Below, piece by piece: positions 54,228-62,981 of a stretch of DNA of 64,000 nucleotides. Position numbers and translations under genes: made by a program. The stretch comes from an uncultured Solirubrobacterales bacterium (lineage in GTDB: Bacteria; Actinomycetota; Thermoleophilia; Solirubrobacterales; 70-9): positions 498,495 to 562,494 of the forward strand of contig CAWEUG010000004.1 of the NCBI GenBank assembly GCA_963812145.1. Direction: 5' to 3'. The notes below the pieces were generated by a model. That model saw only the letters and a program-made list of their open reading frames with translations. It had not been told where the DNA came from and did not search any database. Every line of letters begins with the position of its first letter. The stretch's first letter is position 1.

Positions 54228-54328
54228 GGCGCCGCAGGCCGGCGTCTGGCGGTGTCCTCGGTCGCTCGTGTGCAGAGCACACTTCGCTTCCTGCGTCCTT
54301 GCCAGACTTGGCCTGCGGCGCCCTAATC
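54222..54328. repeat. 107-nt nested hairpin spanning from the MerR stop codon to 2 nt before the next ATG
   Basis: The 18-bp perfect outer inverted repeat is attagggcgccgcaggcc (54223-54240) with ggcctgcggcgccctaat (54310-54327). The inner pair gtctggc/gccagac and the apical pair gtgtgc-aga-gcacac were also read directly. Confidence 0.85.
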
Positions 54329-54330
54329 AA

Positions 54331-54783
54331 ATGCCTCGGATAACCAGACGAAGAACGGTCGATGCCAGTCCCAGCGATGTCTGGCGGCTCGTGTCCGATC
54401 CACATAATCTGCCGCGCTGGTGGCCGCGGACGAGTCGGGTCGAGAACGTCGAGCAGCGCGGCAGCGGTCGGCGCAGCCAGTGGACGAAGGTGTTGGAGAC
54501 GAGCGAGGGACGGGGGGTGCGGGCCGATTTCCGCTGTGTTAGCGCGGCCGAGAACGAGCGCTACGTCTGGGAGCAGGAGCTCGAGGGCACGCCCTTCGCC
54601 CGCCACCTGCGCAGCTCGCGGATCGAGGTCGCGCTGCGACCGGGCGAGGGCGGCACCCAGGTCGACCTCAGCTCGGTGCAGACGCTGAAAGGGATGTCGC
54701 GGCTGGGCTCGCCGATGATGCGGCGCGGCCAGGGCGAGATCCTCGACGAGGCGCTGGACGGACTGGAAAGGGCTCTGACGTGA
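54331..54783 (+). CDS. SRPBCC (START/polyketide cyclase-like) family protein
   Basis: 150 aa: ITRRRTVDASPSDVWRLVSDPHNLPRWWP... This is a typical SRPBCC N-terminus. Confidence 0.8.
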   Translation: MPRITRRRTVDASPSDVWRLVSDPHNLPRWWPRTSRVENVEQRGSGRRSQWTKVLETSEGRGVRADFRCVSAAENERYVWEQELEGTPFARHLRSSRIEVALRPGEGGTQVDLSSVQTLKGMSRLGSPMMRRGQGEILDEALDGLERALT

Positions 54784-54786
54784 GCA

Positions 54787-54827
54787 ATTGGCGCCTTTGT
54801 AAACCACTGGTTGATAAAAGCGCCAAT
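54787..54827. repeat. 41-nt palindrome with an AT-rich core (ATTGGCGC..aaccaCtggtt..GCGCCAAT)
   Basis: 8-bp perfect outer arms at 54787-54794 and 54820-54827. The inner palindrome aaccactggtt was read directly. Confidence 0.75.
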
Positions 54828-54838
54828 GGTGCCCTGAC

Positions 54839-56464
54839 ATGAGCGAACCGCGGCGCGACTCGAATTGGTGGGGATGGGGCGACCCGGCGGTCTCGCCGGA
54901 GCTGGACGCGGAGGCGCGATCGGTCCTGCGTGAGCGGATCGGCGAGCTGGAGCCGTGGCCGCTGGCACGCCGGCTCGAGGACTTCGAGCTGCCGGCCCCC
55001 GAGTCTTTGCCCGCGGCGCTGACCGCGGCCGTAGGAGCGGATGCGATTTTCGTCTCCGGCGAGGACCGGCTGCGACATGCCAGCGGGCGCGGTTACGTCG
55101 ACCTGGCGCGGATGCGCGCCGGCAGCCTCGCGGCGGCGCCCGATGCGGTCGTGCTGCCGGCCGACGCCGAGGCGCTGCGCCGGGTCCTCGACATCTGCGC
55201 CGGGGAGGGAATCGCCGTGGTCCCGTTCGGCGGCGGCACCAGCGTCGTCGGCGGGGTCGAGCCGCTGCGTGGTGCCCACCCACGCCTGATCAGCCTCGAT
55301 CTCGCCGCCCTGCGCGAGGTCGCCGTCGACCGCCGCTCGCTGACCGCCCGCCTCGGCGCCGGCCTGCGGGGGCCGGAGGCCGAGGCGGCGCTTGGCCGCG
55401 AGGGGCTGACCCTCGGCCACTTCCCGCAGTCCTTCGAGTACGCGACGATCGGCGGCTTCGCCGCCACCCGCTCCGCCGGCCAGGCCTCCAGCGGCTACGG
55501 GCGCTTCGACGCGCTGGTTAGCTCGGTGCGCCTGCTCGCTCCTGCTGGTGAGATGGAGATGCTGGAAACGCCCCACACCGCGGCGGGGCCGGCCCTGCGT
55601 GAGCTCATCGTCGGTTCCGAGGGGGTGCTCGGCGTCATCCCCGAGGTGACGGTGCGCGTGCGCCCGGCCCCGGCCGTGCGCCGCTACGAGGCCTGGATGG
55701 CGGAGAGCTTCGAGGCCGGCGCCGAGATCGTCCGCGCCCTGGCGCAGGGCTCCGGGCTGCCCGATGTCGTCCGCATCTCCGACGAGGAGGAGACGCAGGG
55801 CTCGCTAGCGCTCTCGGGCCCGCGTGGCGTCGCCGGCAAGCTCTTCGGCGGCTACCTGGGCCTGCGCAAGCGTCGCAGCGGCGCCCTGACCATCGTCGGC
55901 TTCGAGGGCGACGAGGAGTCGGTGGCGCGCCGGCGGGCGCTGGCGGTGCGCAAGCTGCGCGCCGGCGGCGCCGCCTACCTGGGCCAAGCGGCAGGGCGCT
56001 CCTGGGAGCACGGCCGCTACCAGGGCCCCTATCTACGCGACACGCTGATGGGCATGGGGGCGATGGTCGAGACCCTGGAGACCTCGCACACCTGGAGCCG
56101 GCTGGGTGAGCTGCACGCGGCGGTCGCGGCGGCGATCCATGGCTCGCTGGACGGGCAGGGCACTCCCGGCCTCGTCTTCTGCCATCTCTCGCACGCCTAC
56201 GCCGACGGCGCCTCGCTCTACTTCACCTTCATCTCTCGCAGCCGCCACGGCGCCGAGCTCGAGCAGTGGCGCCAGGTCAAACAAGCGGCCTCGGAGGCGA
56301 TCGTCGCGACCGGCGGCACGATCACTCACCACCACGCCGTCGGCCGCGACCACGCCCCCTACATGGAGGCGGAGGTTGGGCGGACCGGCCTCGCCGTCCT
56401 GCGGGCCGTCAAGGACCAACTGGATCCAACGGGAATCATGAATCCAGGCAAGCTCCTCCCGTAA
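54839..56464 (+). CDS. FAD-binding oxidase (alkylglycerone-phosphate synthase / GlcD-like)
   Basis: 541 aa. FAD_binding_4 region VVPFGGGTSVVGG, and C-terminal GGTITHHHAVGRDH. Confidence 0.88.
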   Translation: MSEPRRDSNWWGWGDPAVSPELDAEARSVLRERIGELEPWPLARRLEDFELPAPESLPAALTAAVGADAIFVSGEDRLRHASGRGYVDLARMRAGSLAAAPDAVVLPADAEALRRVLDICAGEGIAVVPFGGGTSVVGGVEPLRGAHPRLISLDLAALREVAVDRRSLTARLGAGLRGPEAEAALGREGLTLGHFPQSFEYATIGGFAATRSAGQASSGYGRFDALVSSVRLLAPAGEMEMLETPHTAAGPALRELIVGSEGVLGVIPEVTVRVRPAPAVRRYEAWMAESFEAGAEIVRALAQGSGLPDVVRISDEEETQGSLALSGPRGVAGKLFGGYLGLRKRRSGALTIVGFEGDEESVARRRALAVRKLRAGGAAYLGQAAGRSWEHGRYQGPYLRDTLMGMGAMVETLETSHTWSRLGELHAAVAAAIHGSLDGQGTPGLVFCHLSHAYADGASLYFTFISRSRHGAELEQWRQVKQAASEAIVATGGTITHHHAVGRDHAPYMEAEVGRTGLAVLRAVKDQLDPTGIMNPGKLLP

Positions 56465-56547
56465 CGCGGTCAAGCAGGCCAAGGACGCAGGGAGCGAAGC
56501 GTGCTCCGCACGTGAGCGACGAGGACGCCGGCATGCGCTGCGCCGCG

Positions 56548-57486
56548 TTATCGGGAGGCCGCGCCGATGATCGGGCCCGTTATCGTCCCACGGAGGACGT
56601 CGGTGCCGGTGTAGATCGGAGCCTTCTTTTCCTGGGTCGCCTTGGCCAGCGACGCTTTCAGGGTGGCGTCCGAGGTGAGGGAGATATCGAGCTGGTCGAA
56701 GGTTTCCTTGGCGAGGTAAGCGAGGACTTCGGTCGGGACCTGCACTTGGGCGCCGATCCTGCCCGACCGGGGCACCACGGTCGAGGCCAGCGGCAGCCTT
56801 TTCTGCGGTGACTCGTAGAGCCAAATCGTGTAGGACTGCCCGTTCTCGGTCGGGGCCAGGCCTTCGGCTTCGACCTGCAGGGCCAGCGAGTTCTTGACGC
56901 GCCCGAAGGTCGCCAGGCCCTTGGCGTCGCCGCCGTCGACGGGGGCCAGGACGGCCTGGGTCATCTTCGGATCGGTCGCGGCGACGTCGGCGGCTTCGGC
57001 TGCGGTGGTGCTCTCGCTCGATCCGCCACCGGTCGCGTCGCCGGAGTCCTCGCCACCGCTGACGGCGAGGACGACGATGAGGAGGGCCACGACGGCGACG
57101 CCGGCGGCGATCGCGGCGCGGGCGCCGCCGCTCTTGGGCAGGGAGGGTCGGGGCCGCGAGGGGGAAGCGCTCTTGACGGGCCGGGGAGGAGGAGCGGGGG
57201 CAGCCGGCTGCGGCGCCTCGGTTGCAGCAGCCTCCAATGGTGCGGGCGGCTCTGCCGGCGTTGGCTCGCTGGGCACGACGGGCTGCGGCGCCGGCTCGGC
57301 GCGAGGCGGCTCGACAGGAGGTGGCGGCAGCGCCGCGCCTTCCTCCTCCAGCTGCGCGAGCGCGTCCTTGACCTTGGCCCGCACCTCGTCGATGCTGAGG
57401 CCCATCAGGGCGGCGAGGTCGTCGTAGCCCTGCTCGCGCTGTGCGAGCAGCCGCAGCATCGCCTTCTGGTCGTCGTTCAGTGCCAT
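56548..57486 (-). CDS. single-pass membrane protein: sigma-70 region-4-like HTH, Pro-rich linker, TM, RskA-like extracytoplasmic domain
   Basis: N-terminus LNDDQKAMLRLLAQREQGYDDLAALMGLSIDEVRAKVKDAL. TM segment AAIAAGVAVVALLIVVLAV. The C-terminal domain contains GQSYTIWLY. Confidence 0.75.
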   Translation of the reverse strand: MALNDDQKAMLRLLAQREQGYDDLAALMGLSIDEVRAKVKDALAQLEEEGAALPPPPVEPPRAEPAPQPVVPSEPTPAEPPAPLEAAATEAPQPAAPAPPPRPVKSASPSRPRPSLPKSGGARAAIAAGVAVVALLIVVLAVSGGEDSGDATGGGSSESTTAAEAADVAATDPKMTQAVLAPVDGGDAKGLATFGRVKNSLALQVEAEGLAPTENGQSYTIWLYESPQKRLPLASTVVPRSGRIGAQVQVPTEVLAYLAKETFDQLDISLTSDATLKASLAKATQEKKAPIYTGTDVLRGTITGPIIGAASR

Positions 57487-57514
57487 CGGCCCTCAACCCT
57501 AAGGGGAGCGGACG

Positions 57515-57985
57515 ATGCGGTGGCGTCTGCCGCCACGGGGTATCGAAGGCTTAATCTCGGCCTGGATAGGGTTGGCGGCGATGGCCGATGACCCGCGCGG
57601 GCTGCGCTCCCGATTCGACGAGCTGCTCGGCACCGAGTGGCTGAACGATGAGCCCGGCCACGCCCGGGTCCGGGTCGAGCTGCGCGACGAGCTGCGCCAG
57701 CCGGTGGGACTCCTGCACGGCGGTGTGATCTCGAGTCTGGTCGAGAGCGTCTGCTCGCGGGCGACGGCGCTGGCCGTGATCCCCGAGGGGATGATCGCGA
57801 TGGGCCAGTCGATCAGCGTCAACTTCATCCGCCCGGTGACCGAGGGCGGCGCCGAAGTCAAGGCCCGCGCCCGCCACCGCGGCCGCACCACCTGGGTCTG
57901 GGATGCCGAAGTGCTGAACGACGAGGGAAAGCTTTGCGCCCTCGCGCAGATGACCATCGCCGTGCGCCCGCAGCCGCAGCGCTAG
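57515..57985 (+). CDS. PaaI-family hotdog-fold thioesterase
   Basis: SD aaggggag lies 6 nt upstream of the start. GLLHGGVISSLVESV..VNFIRPV..GRTTWVWDAEV. ATG 57581 is an alternative start. Confidence 0.8.
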   Translation: MRWRLPPRGIEGLISAWIGLAAMADDPRGLRSRFDELLGTEWLNDEPGHARVRVELRDELRQPVGLLHGGVISSLVESVCSRATALAVIPEGMIAMGQSISVNFIRPVTEGGAEVKARARHRGRTTWVWDAEVLNDEGKLCALAQMTIAVRPQPQR

Positions 57986-59655
57986 CCGCCGAAGCGGTTG
58001 GTGATGGGGAGACGCCGGTCCTTGCCGAAGGCCCGCGGCGTGATCCGGATTCCCGGCGCCGCCTGGCGGCGCTTGTACTCGGAGCGATCGACGAGGCGGA
58101 TCACGTCGTCGACCGTCGCCGCCGGCATCCCGGCATCGATCATCTCCTCGCGGCCCTGGTCGCGCTCGACATAGGCCTCGAGGATGCGGTCGAGCAGGTC
58201 ATAGGGGGGGAGGGAGTCGCTGTCGAGCTGGTCGGGTCGCAGCTCGGCCGAGGGCGCCCGCTCGATCACCGAGGCCGGCACCAGCTCGCGGTCGGCGCGC
58301 TCGTCGCGGCGTCGGGTCAGTTCGTAGACCAGCGTCTTCGGGACGTCCTTGATCACCGCGAAGCCGCCCGCCATATCGCCGTAGAGGGTTGCGTAGCCGA
58401 CCGACATCTCGCTCTTGTTGCCGGTGGTCAGGACCAGCCAGCCGTGGCGGTTGGAGAGCGCCATCATCAGGTTGCCGCGGATGCGGGCCTGAATGTTCTC
58501 CGCCGCCAGGTCGGGCTCGGAGGGCCGCGCCGGGTCGTGGGGAGGGGCCTCCTCGCCGCCCGCAGGCGCCCGCTCGGGGCTCAGATATCCGGCCAGGGCG
58601 CGCTCGTAGCCGTCCATCATCGGCTCGATCGGGATCTCGATCAGCTCGCAGCCGAGATTTCCAGCGATAGTCCGGGCGTCCGCCTGGGTTGCAGGGCTGG
58701 AATGAGGCGAGGGCATGACCACGCAGCTGAGCCGCTCCGGGCCGACCGCATCGGCCGCGAGCAGCGCCACCAGGGCGGAGTCGATGCCGCCGGAGAGGGC
58801 GACGCCGACATGGCGAAAGCCGTTCTTGGCGACGTAGTCGCGCAGGCCCAGCACCAGCGCCCCGTAGACCTCGTCGAGGTCGCCCAGTGGCGGCGCGATC
58901 GCGGCCGGGCCGGCGCTCGGCACCTCGCAGACGAGCAGCTCCTCCTCGAACTGGGAGGCACGGGCGATCAGCTCGCCGGCGGGGTCGGTGACCAGGCTCT
59001 GGCCATCGAAGACGAGCTCGTCCTGGCCGCCGACGAGGTTGCAGAAGGCGAAGTAGGTGCCATAGGCGCGCGAGCGCTCGGCGAACATCTCCACCCGCTC
59101 GTGCCCCTTGCCGCGGTGATAGGGCGAGCCCGACGGGTTGGCGATCAGCTGCGCCCCCTGCTCGGCCTCCGTCTGCGCCGGCGGGCCGGTCACCCAGCAG
59201 TCCTCGCAGATCGTCAGCCCGACCCGCAGGCCGCCGGCCTCGATCGTCAGCGGCTGCGCGCCGGGGACGAAGTAGCGCTGCTCGTCGAAGACCGCGTAGT
59301 TCGGCAGCCTGTTCTTGCGATAGACGCCCCGCACGGCTCCGGCGGCGAGGACGGCGAGCGAGTTGTGGGCGATCCGCGAGTCGCCGCCGTCCGCAGCCGG
59401 CTCCGCGAAGCCGACCAGCACGGTCATGCCCGGCCGCACCCCGGCCGCCAGATCCTCGACCGCCCGGCGGTTGGCCTCGACGAAATGTCGCTTCAGGTAG
59501 AGGTCCTCGGCCGGGTAGCCGGGCAGGCACAGCTCCGGGAAGATCGTCAGCTCGGCCCCCGCCTCGCCGGCACGGCCGATCCACTCGGCGATCTTGGCCG
59601 CGTTGCCGTCGATGTCGCCGACGGTGGGGTCGATCTGGGCGAGGGCTATGCGCAC
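57982..59655 (-). CDS. nadE: glutamine-dependent NAD+ synthetase
   Basis: GTG at 59655 gives VRIALAQIDPTVGD (nitrilase/CN-hydrolase domain, FPELCLPGY, CEDCW). The C-terminal synthetase domain has ALSGGIDSAL. The track ORF 57982..60900 was trimmed. Confidence 0.92.
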   Translation of the reverse strand: MRIALAQIDPTVGDIDGNAAKIAEWIGRAGEAGAELTIFPELCLPGYPAEDLYLKRHFVEANRRAVEDLAAGVRPGMTVLVGFAEPAADGGDSRIAHNSLAVLAAGAVRGVYRKNRLPNYAVFDEQRYFVPGAQPLTIEAGGLRVGLTICEDCWVTGPPAQTEAEQGAQLIANPSGSPYHRGKGHERVEMFAERSRAYGTYFAFCNLVGGQDELVFDGQSLVTDPAGELIARASQFEEELLVCEVPSAGPAAIAPPLGDLDEVYGALVLGLRDYVAKNGFRHVGVALSGGIDSALVALLAADAVGPERLSCVVMPSPHSSPATQADARTIAGNLGCELIEIPIEPMMDGYERALAGYLSPERAPAGGEEAPPHDPARPSEPDLAAENIQARIRGNLMMALSNRHGWLVLTTGNKSEMSVGYATLYGDMAGGFAVIKDVPKTLVYELTRRRDERADRELVPASVIERAPSAELRPDQLDSDSLPPYDLLDRILEAYVERDQGREEMIDAGMPAATVDDVIRLVDRSEYKRRQAAPGIRITPRAFGKDRRLPITNRFGG

Positions 59656-59736
59656 GGGAGCCTGGCGTCGGTCACCGCCGAAGTATCGCCATCGCGGGGG
59701 CCGGAACGGGCCGAGGGGCCCGCTAGGGTGCTGGCG

Positions 59737-61170
59737 ATGCGGGACCGCCGTCGTCACCTGGTCGGTTTCTCGGTGGCCGCGCTTCTGCTCGTCGCCGCCG
59801 CGCCCGCCGCTGCCTCTGCCTCGACCGGGCTGGCCGAAGCGGTGCCCAGCCTCGCTTCGCCGAGCCAGAAGCCCTTCGTCGCGCCGAAGCCGCGCCCGAC
59901 CGAAGCCCGCCGGCGCCCGACCGACGACCCCGACCCGAACCGCAACGCCTACACCGTGCCGCAGGCGCCGAAATCGCCGAAGTGCGGGCGCTTCTTCTGC
60001 GTTCACTGGGTCGCCGAGGGGATCGACGCCCCCGACCTCGCCGACGCCGACGGCAACGGCGTCCCCGATTTCGTGCAGCTGGTGCTGAGCATCGCCGAAC
60101 ACGTGCACGAGGTCGAGAACGTGAAGCTCGACTGGCGCGAGCCGAAGAGCGACGGTCGCGTCGGCGGCGGCCACGGCAAAACCGACATCTACCTCTCCCA
60201 GATCGGGGGCGAACTGTTCGGCTACGCCGCCCCGGATCGTGGCCAGGCGAGCAAGCAGCACCGCATCCCCCGACGCCTGCACGGCTATCTGGTTCTCGAC
60301 AACGACTACAGCGCCTTCGAGTTCCCGGGGACGAAGCCGGTCGAGGACCTCGAGGTGACGCTTGCCCATGAGTACAACCACATCCTCCAGTTCGGCTACG
60401 ACGCCTTCCAGGACGCCTGGTTCGCCGAGTCGACCGCGACCTGGATGGAGGACCAGGTCTACAACGACATCGACGACTACCTGCGCTACGTGCGACGTTG
60501 GGTGAAGCGCTGGGAGACCCCGCTCACGACCAGCTCGATCAAGGAGTACGGCTCGGCGGTCTGGAACCAGTGGCTGCAGGGGCGCTATGGCAGCGCGATC
60601 GTGCGACGGGCGTGGGCGCGGGCGATCCACGTCAGGCCCGGTGGCTTCTCGGTCAACGCCTACGAGGCGGCGATCCGCGCCGCCGGCAACTCCGACCTCG
60701 GCCACGACTTCACCCACTTCGCCGCGGCCGTCGCCGAGTGGCGTACGGGGGAGGGGTTTCGCGAGAGCGAGCGGTATCCCGACATGGTGCGACAGGGATC
60801 TCTGCCGCTTGGCGGCCGGTCGCTGACCCGTCTGCTCAATCACACGACCTTCGCGCTGCTGCGGGTGCATGCCCCGGGCGGGCGCGCAGTCGCCGTCCAC
60901 GCGACGGCACCGCAGGGCACCGCGGCCGGGCTGGTCCTGGTCGGACGCAGCGGCAGCGAACGGCGCGGCAGCACCGTCACCCGGCTCGACTTCAGCCGCG
61001 GCGGCGGCAAGCTCGCCGTGCGCCTCGGCGACCCGGGGCGCTACAGCCGCATCACCGCGGTCCTCGTCAACGCCGACGCCGCCGCCAGCGGCTTCAGCCC
61101 TCGCCGGCTCGACTGGGCCTACCTGACTGACCAGGTCCCGTTCGAGATCAACGGCAAGCTGGTCCGCTGA
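59737..61170 (+). CDS. secreted putative HExxH zinc metalloprotease (MXAN_6640-like)
   Basis: Signal peptide LVGFSVAALLLVAAAPAAASA; TDIYLSQ..GYA; LAHEYNHILQ. The first ~1800 nt of the track ORF are antisense to nadE and were discarded. Confidence 0.7.
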   Translation: MRDRRRHLVGFSVAALLLVAAAPAAASASTGLAEAVPSLASPSQKPFVAPKPRPTEARRRPTDDPDPNRNAYTVPQAPKSPKCGRFFCVHWVAEGIDAPDLADADGNGVPDFVQLVLSIAEHVHEVENVKLDWREPKSDGRVGGGHGKTDIYLSQIGGELFGYAAPDRGQASKQHRIPRRLHGYLVLDNDYSAFEFPGTKPVEDLEVTLAHEYNHILQFGYDAFQDAWFAESTATWMEDQVYNDIDDYLRYVRRWVKRWETPLTTSSIKEYGSAVWNQWLQGRYGSAIVRRAWARAIHVRPGGFSVNAYEAAIRAAGNSDLGHDFTHFAAAVAEWRTGEGFRESERYPDMVRQGSLPLGGRSLTRLLNHTTFALLRVHAPGGRAVAVHATAPQGTAAGLVLVGRSGSERRGSTVTRLDFSRGGGKLAVRLGDPGRYSRITAVLVNADAAASGFSPRRLDWAYLTDQVPFEINGKLVR

Positions 61171-61182
61171 CAGCTGGGAGAG

Positions 61183-62643
61183 CTAGGAGCGCGACTCGGA
61201 GGCGACGACGCTGGTGCCGTTGGAGGAGGCCGAGGCCTTGCTGGGAGCTTTGGCCCTGCCGCGCTTCGCCTTGGCGGGCGCCGAAGCCATCGCCTCGGCG
61301 GTAGCGGCCTCGAGGTCGAGCGCGAAGCTGTCGAGGTCGGCCATCGCGTCGTAGTCGCCGATCAGGCCGAAGTTGACCTGGCCGTTGTAGGACATGATCC
61401 CGATGCAGAGCGCCTGGCGACGAGCCAGCGGCACCATCGGGAAGATCGACTCCATCTTGCGGCCGAGCACGTAGAGAGGGAACTGCGGGCCGGGGACGTT
61501 GGTGACGACGAGGTTGAAGAAGCGCTGCGCCGGCTGCAAGCGGGCCGCCTGGGCGACGATCGTCGAGGGCGCGAAATCGGTCAGCTTGGTCAGGATCTCG
61601 GCGCCGACCGCCTGCCCGGAGGACTTCAGGTCGCCCATCTCGCCGGTGACGACCTGCAGCCGCTCGACCGGGTCCTCCGACCAGACCGGCAGCGGCGCCA
61701 TCATCGCCGAGATCCGGTTGCCGAGTGCCCCGTGCTCCTCCTCGGCGCGGACGCTGACCGGGACCAGCGCCCGCAGCTCCAGCCCCTCGGTGTCGTGGCC
61801 GCGCGCCCGCAGGTACTTGCCGATGCCGCCGGCGACGATCGAGAGGATGACGTCGTTGACGGTGCCGCCGTGGGCGTCCTTGACCCGCTTCAGCTCCGCC
61901 AGGTCGGCCTGGGTTATCGCGAAGCGGCGGTGGGGGCCGATCTCGACGTTGAAGACGCTGCTGGGGGCGGACATGCCGGCGCCGATCACCTTCGAGGTGG
62001 CGCCGATGCCGCGCATGACCTGGCGCGGGCCGCGGAAGGCGGCGCGGACGCCGCGGACGATCTCCGTCGGGCTGGTGAGGCGCTCGCGTACCGCGTCGGT
62101 GACCAGGTTCAGGTCGGTCGGTTCGGGGCGGGCCAGCCAGGGTGGCGAGGACGCGGGCGGCCCCTGCGGCTCGGCGTCGAGGTCGAAGAGGACGGTGGTG
62201 ATGTCGACGCCGGAGACGCCGTCGACCAGGGCGTGGTGGCTCTTGCCGACGATCGCGAAGCGGTCGTCGCGCAGACCCTCGACCAGCCACAGCTCCCAGA
62301 GCGGCTTGCTGCGGTCGAGCTGCTGGGAGAAGACCCGCGCCGCGAGGTTGCGCAGCTGCTCCTCGGAGCCGGGTGAGGGCAGGGCGCTCTGGCGCACGTG
62401 GTAATCGAGGTTGAGGTGCGGGTCGTCGACCCAGACCGGGCGCCCCTGGGCAAAGGGGACGAAGCGCAGCTTCTGGCGGAAGCGCGGGACCAGGTGCAGG
62501 CGCGAGGCGATGTGGTCGCGGAACTCCTGGTGAGTCGGTGCCGGCCCCTCGAAGATGATCGTCGAGGCGACGTGCATATGGGCGCCGGCGCGCTCCATGT
62601 GCAGGAAGGAGGTATCAAGTCCGGTCAGTCTTTCGGCGGCCAC
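61183..62643 (-). CDS. wax ester synthase / diacylglycerol acyltransferase (WS/DGAT)
   Basis: LTGLDTSFLHME and HHALVDGVSG (the HHxxxDG active site). C-terminal NVPGP. GTG 62643 is the proposed start. Confidence 0.88.
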   Translation of the reverse strand: MAAERLTGLDTSFLHMERAGAHMHVASTIIFEGPAPTHQEFRDHIASRLHLVPRFRQKLRFVPFAQGRPVWVDDPHLNLDYHVRQSALPSPGSEEQLRNLAARVFSQQLDRSKPLWELWLVEGLRDDRFAIVGKSHHALVDGVSGVDITTVLFDLDAEPQGPPASSPPWLARPEPTDLNLVTDAVRERLTSPTEIVRGVRAAFRGPRQVMRGIGATSKVIGAGMSAPSSVFNVEIGPHRRFAITQADLAELKRVKDAHGGTVNDVILSIVAGGIGKYLRARGHDTEGLELRALVPVSVRAEEEHGALGNRISAMMAPLPVWSEDPVERLQVVTGEMGDLKSSGQAVGAEILTKLTDFAPSTIVAQAARLQPAQRFFNLVVTNVPGPQFPLYVLGRKMESIFPMVPLARRQALCIGIMSYNGQVNFGLIGDYDAMADLDSFALDLEAATAEAMASAPAKAKRGRAKAPSKASASSNGTSVVASESRS

Positions 62644-62787
62644 CCGTGCATCTTCGCACACACCGCATAGGCACGACCGGGCCTTGCATTTCGCTTTCTG
62701 GAGCCATTTGCATGCCGTCTTGCCAAATGGCAGGGGTGTGAGAGCGGTCACGTAAGCGTTCTGCAAGCGCTTCTACGGTGTGCGCTC

Positions 62788-62975
62788 ACAGACGAATCGA
62801 TCCCATCTGCCGAATCCCCTCGCGCCAGGCGCCGGGGAGCGGGGGACCCAACTGCCGCGGCGACCAGCCGCGGCCGGGGCGAATCGGGCGGCTAGCCGCC
62901 CGTAGCGAGCGCCAGGCACCGTGCCGGCACCCGCGAGCCCGTCAGCTAACCCCGCAGGCAGCAGAAAGCGAGCGA
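62788..62975 (+). promoter_or_regulatory. c-di-AMP riboswitch (ydaO/yuaA motif)
   Basis: The conserved blocks gcgggggacccaa (62853-62865), ggggcgaatc (62892-62901) and cccgtcagctaaccccgcaggc (62938-62959) are present in the canonical order. The element ends 7 nt before ATG 62982. Confidence 0.8.
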
Positions 62976-62981
62976 CAGACG

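Noticed and set aside
57934-59736. N-terminal ~600 codons of the 1078-aa plus-strand ORF (57934..61170)
   Set aside because: This part is antisense to a clearly recognisable nadE gene and is Arg/Gly/Asp/Leu-rich with no motifs. Only the part from ATG 59737 onward (signal peptide plus HExxH domain) looks like a real protein.
62778-62981. Upstream extension of the RlpA-like ORF (track start 62778)
   Set aside because: This segment matches the c-di-AMP riboswitch consensus and translates to an Arg/Pro/Gly-rich sequence. A typical signal peptide begins at ATG 62982.
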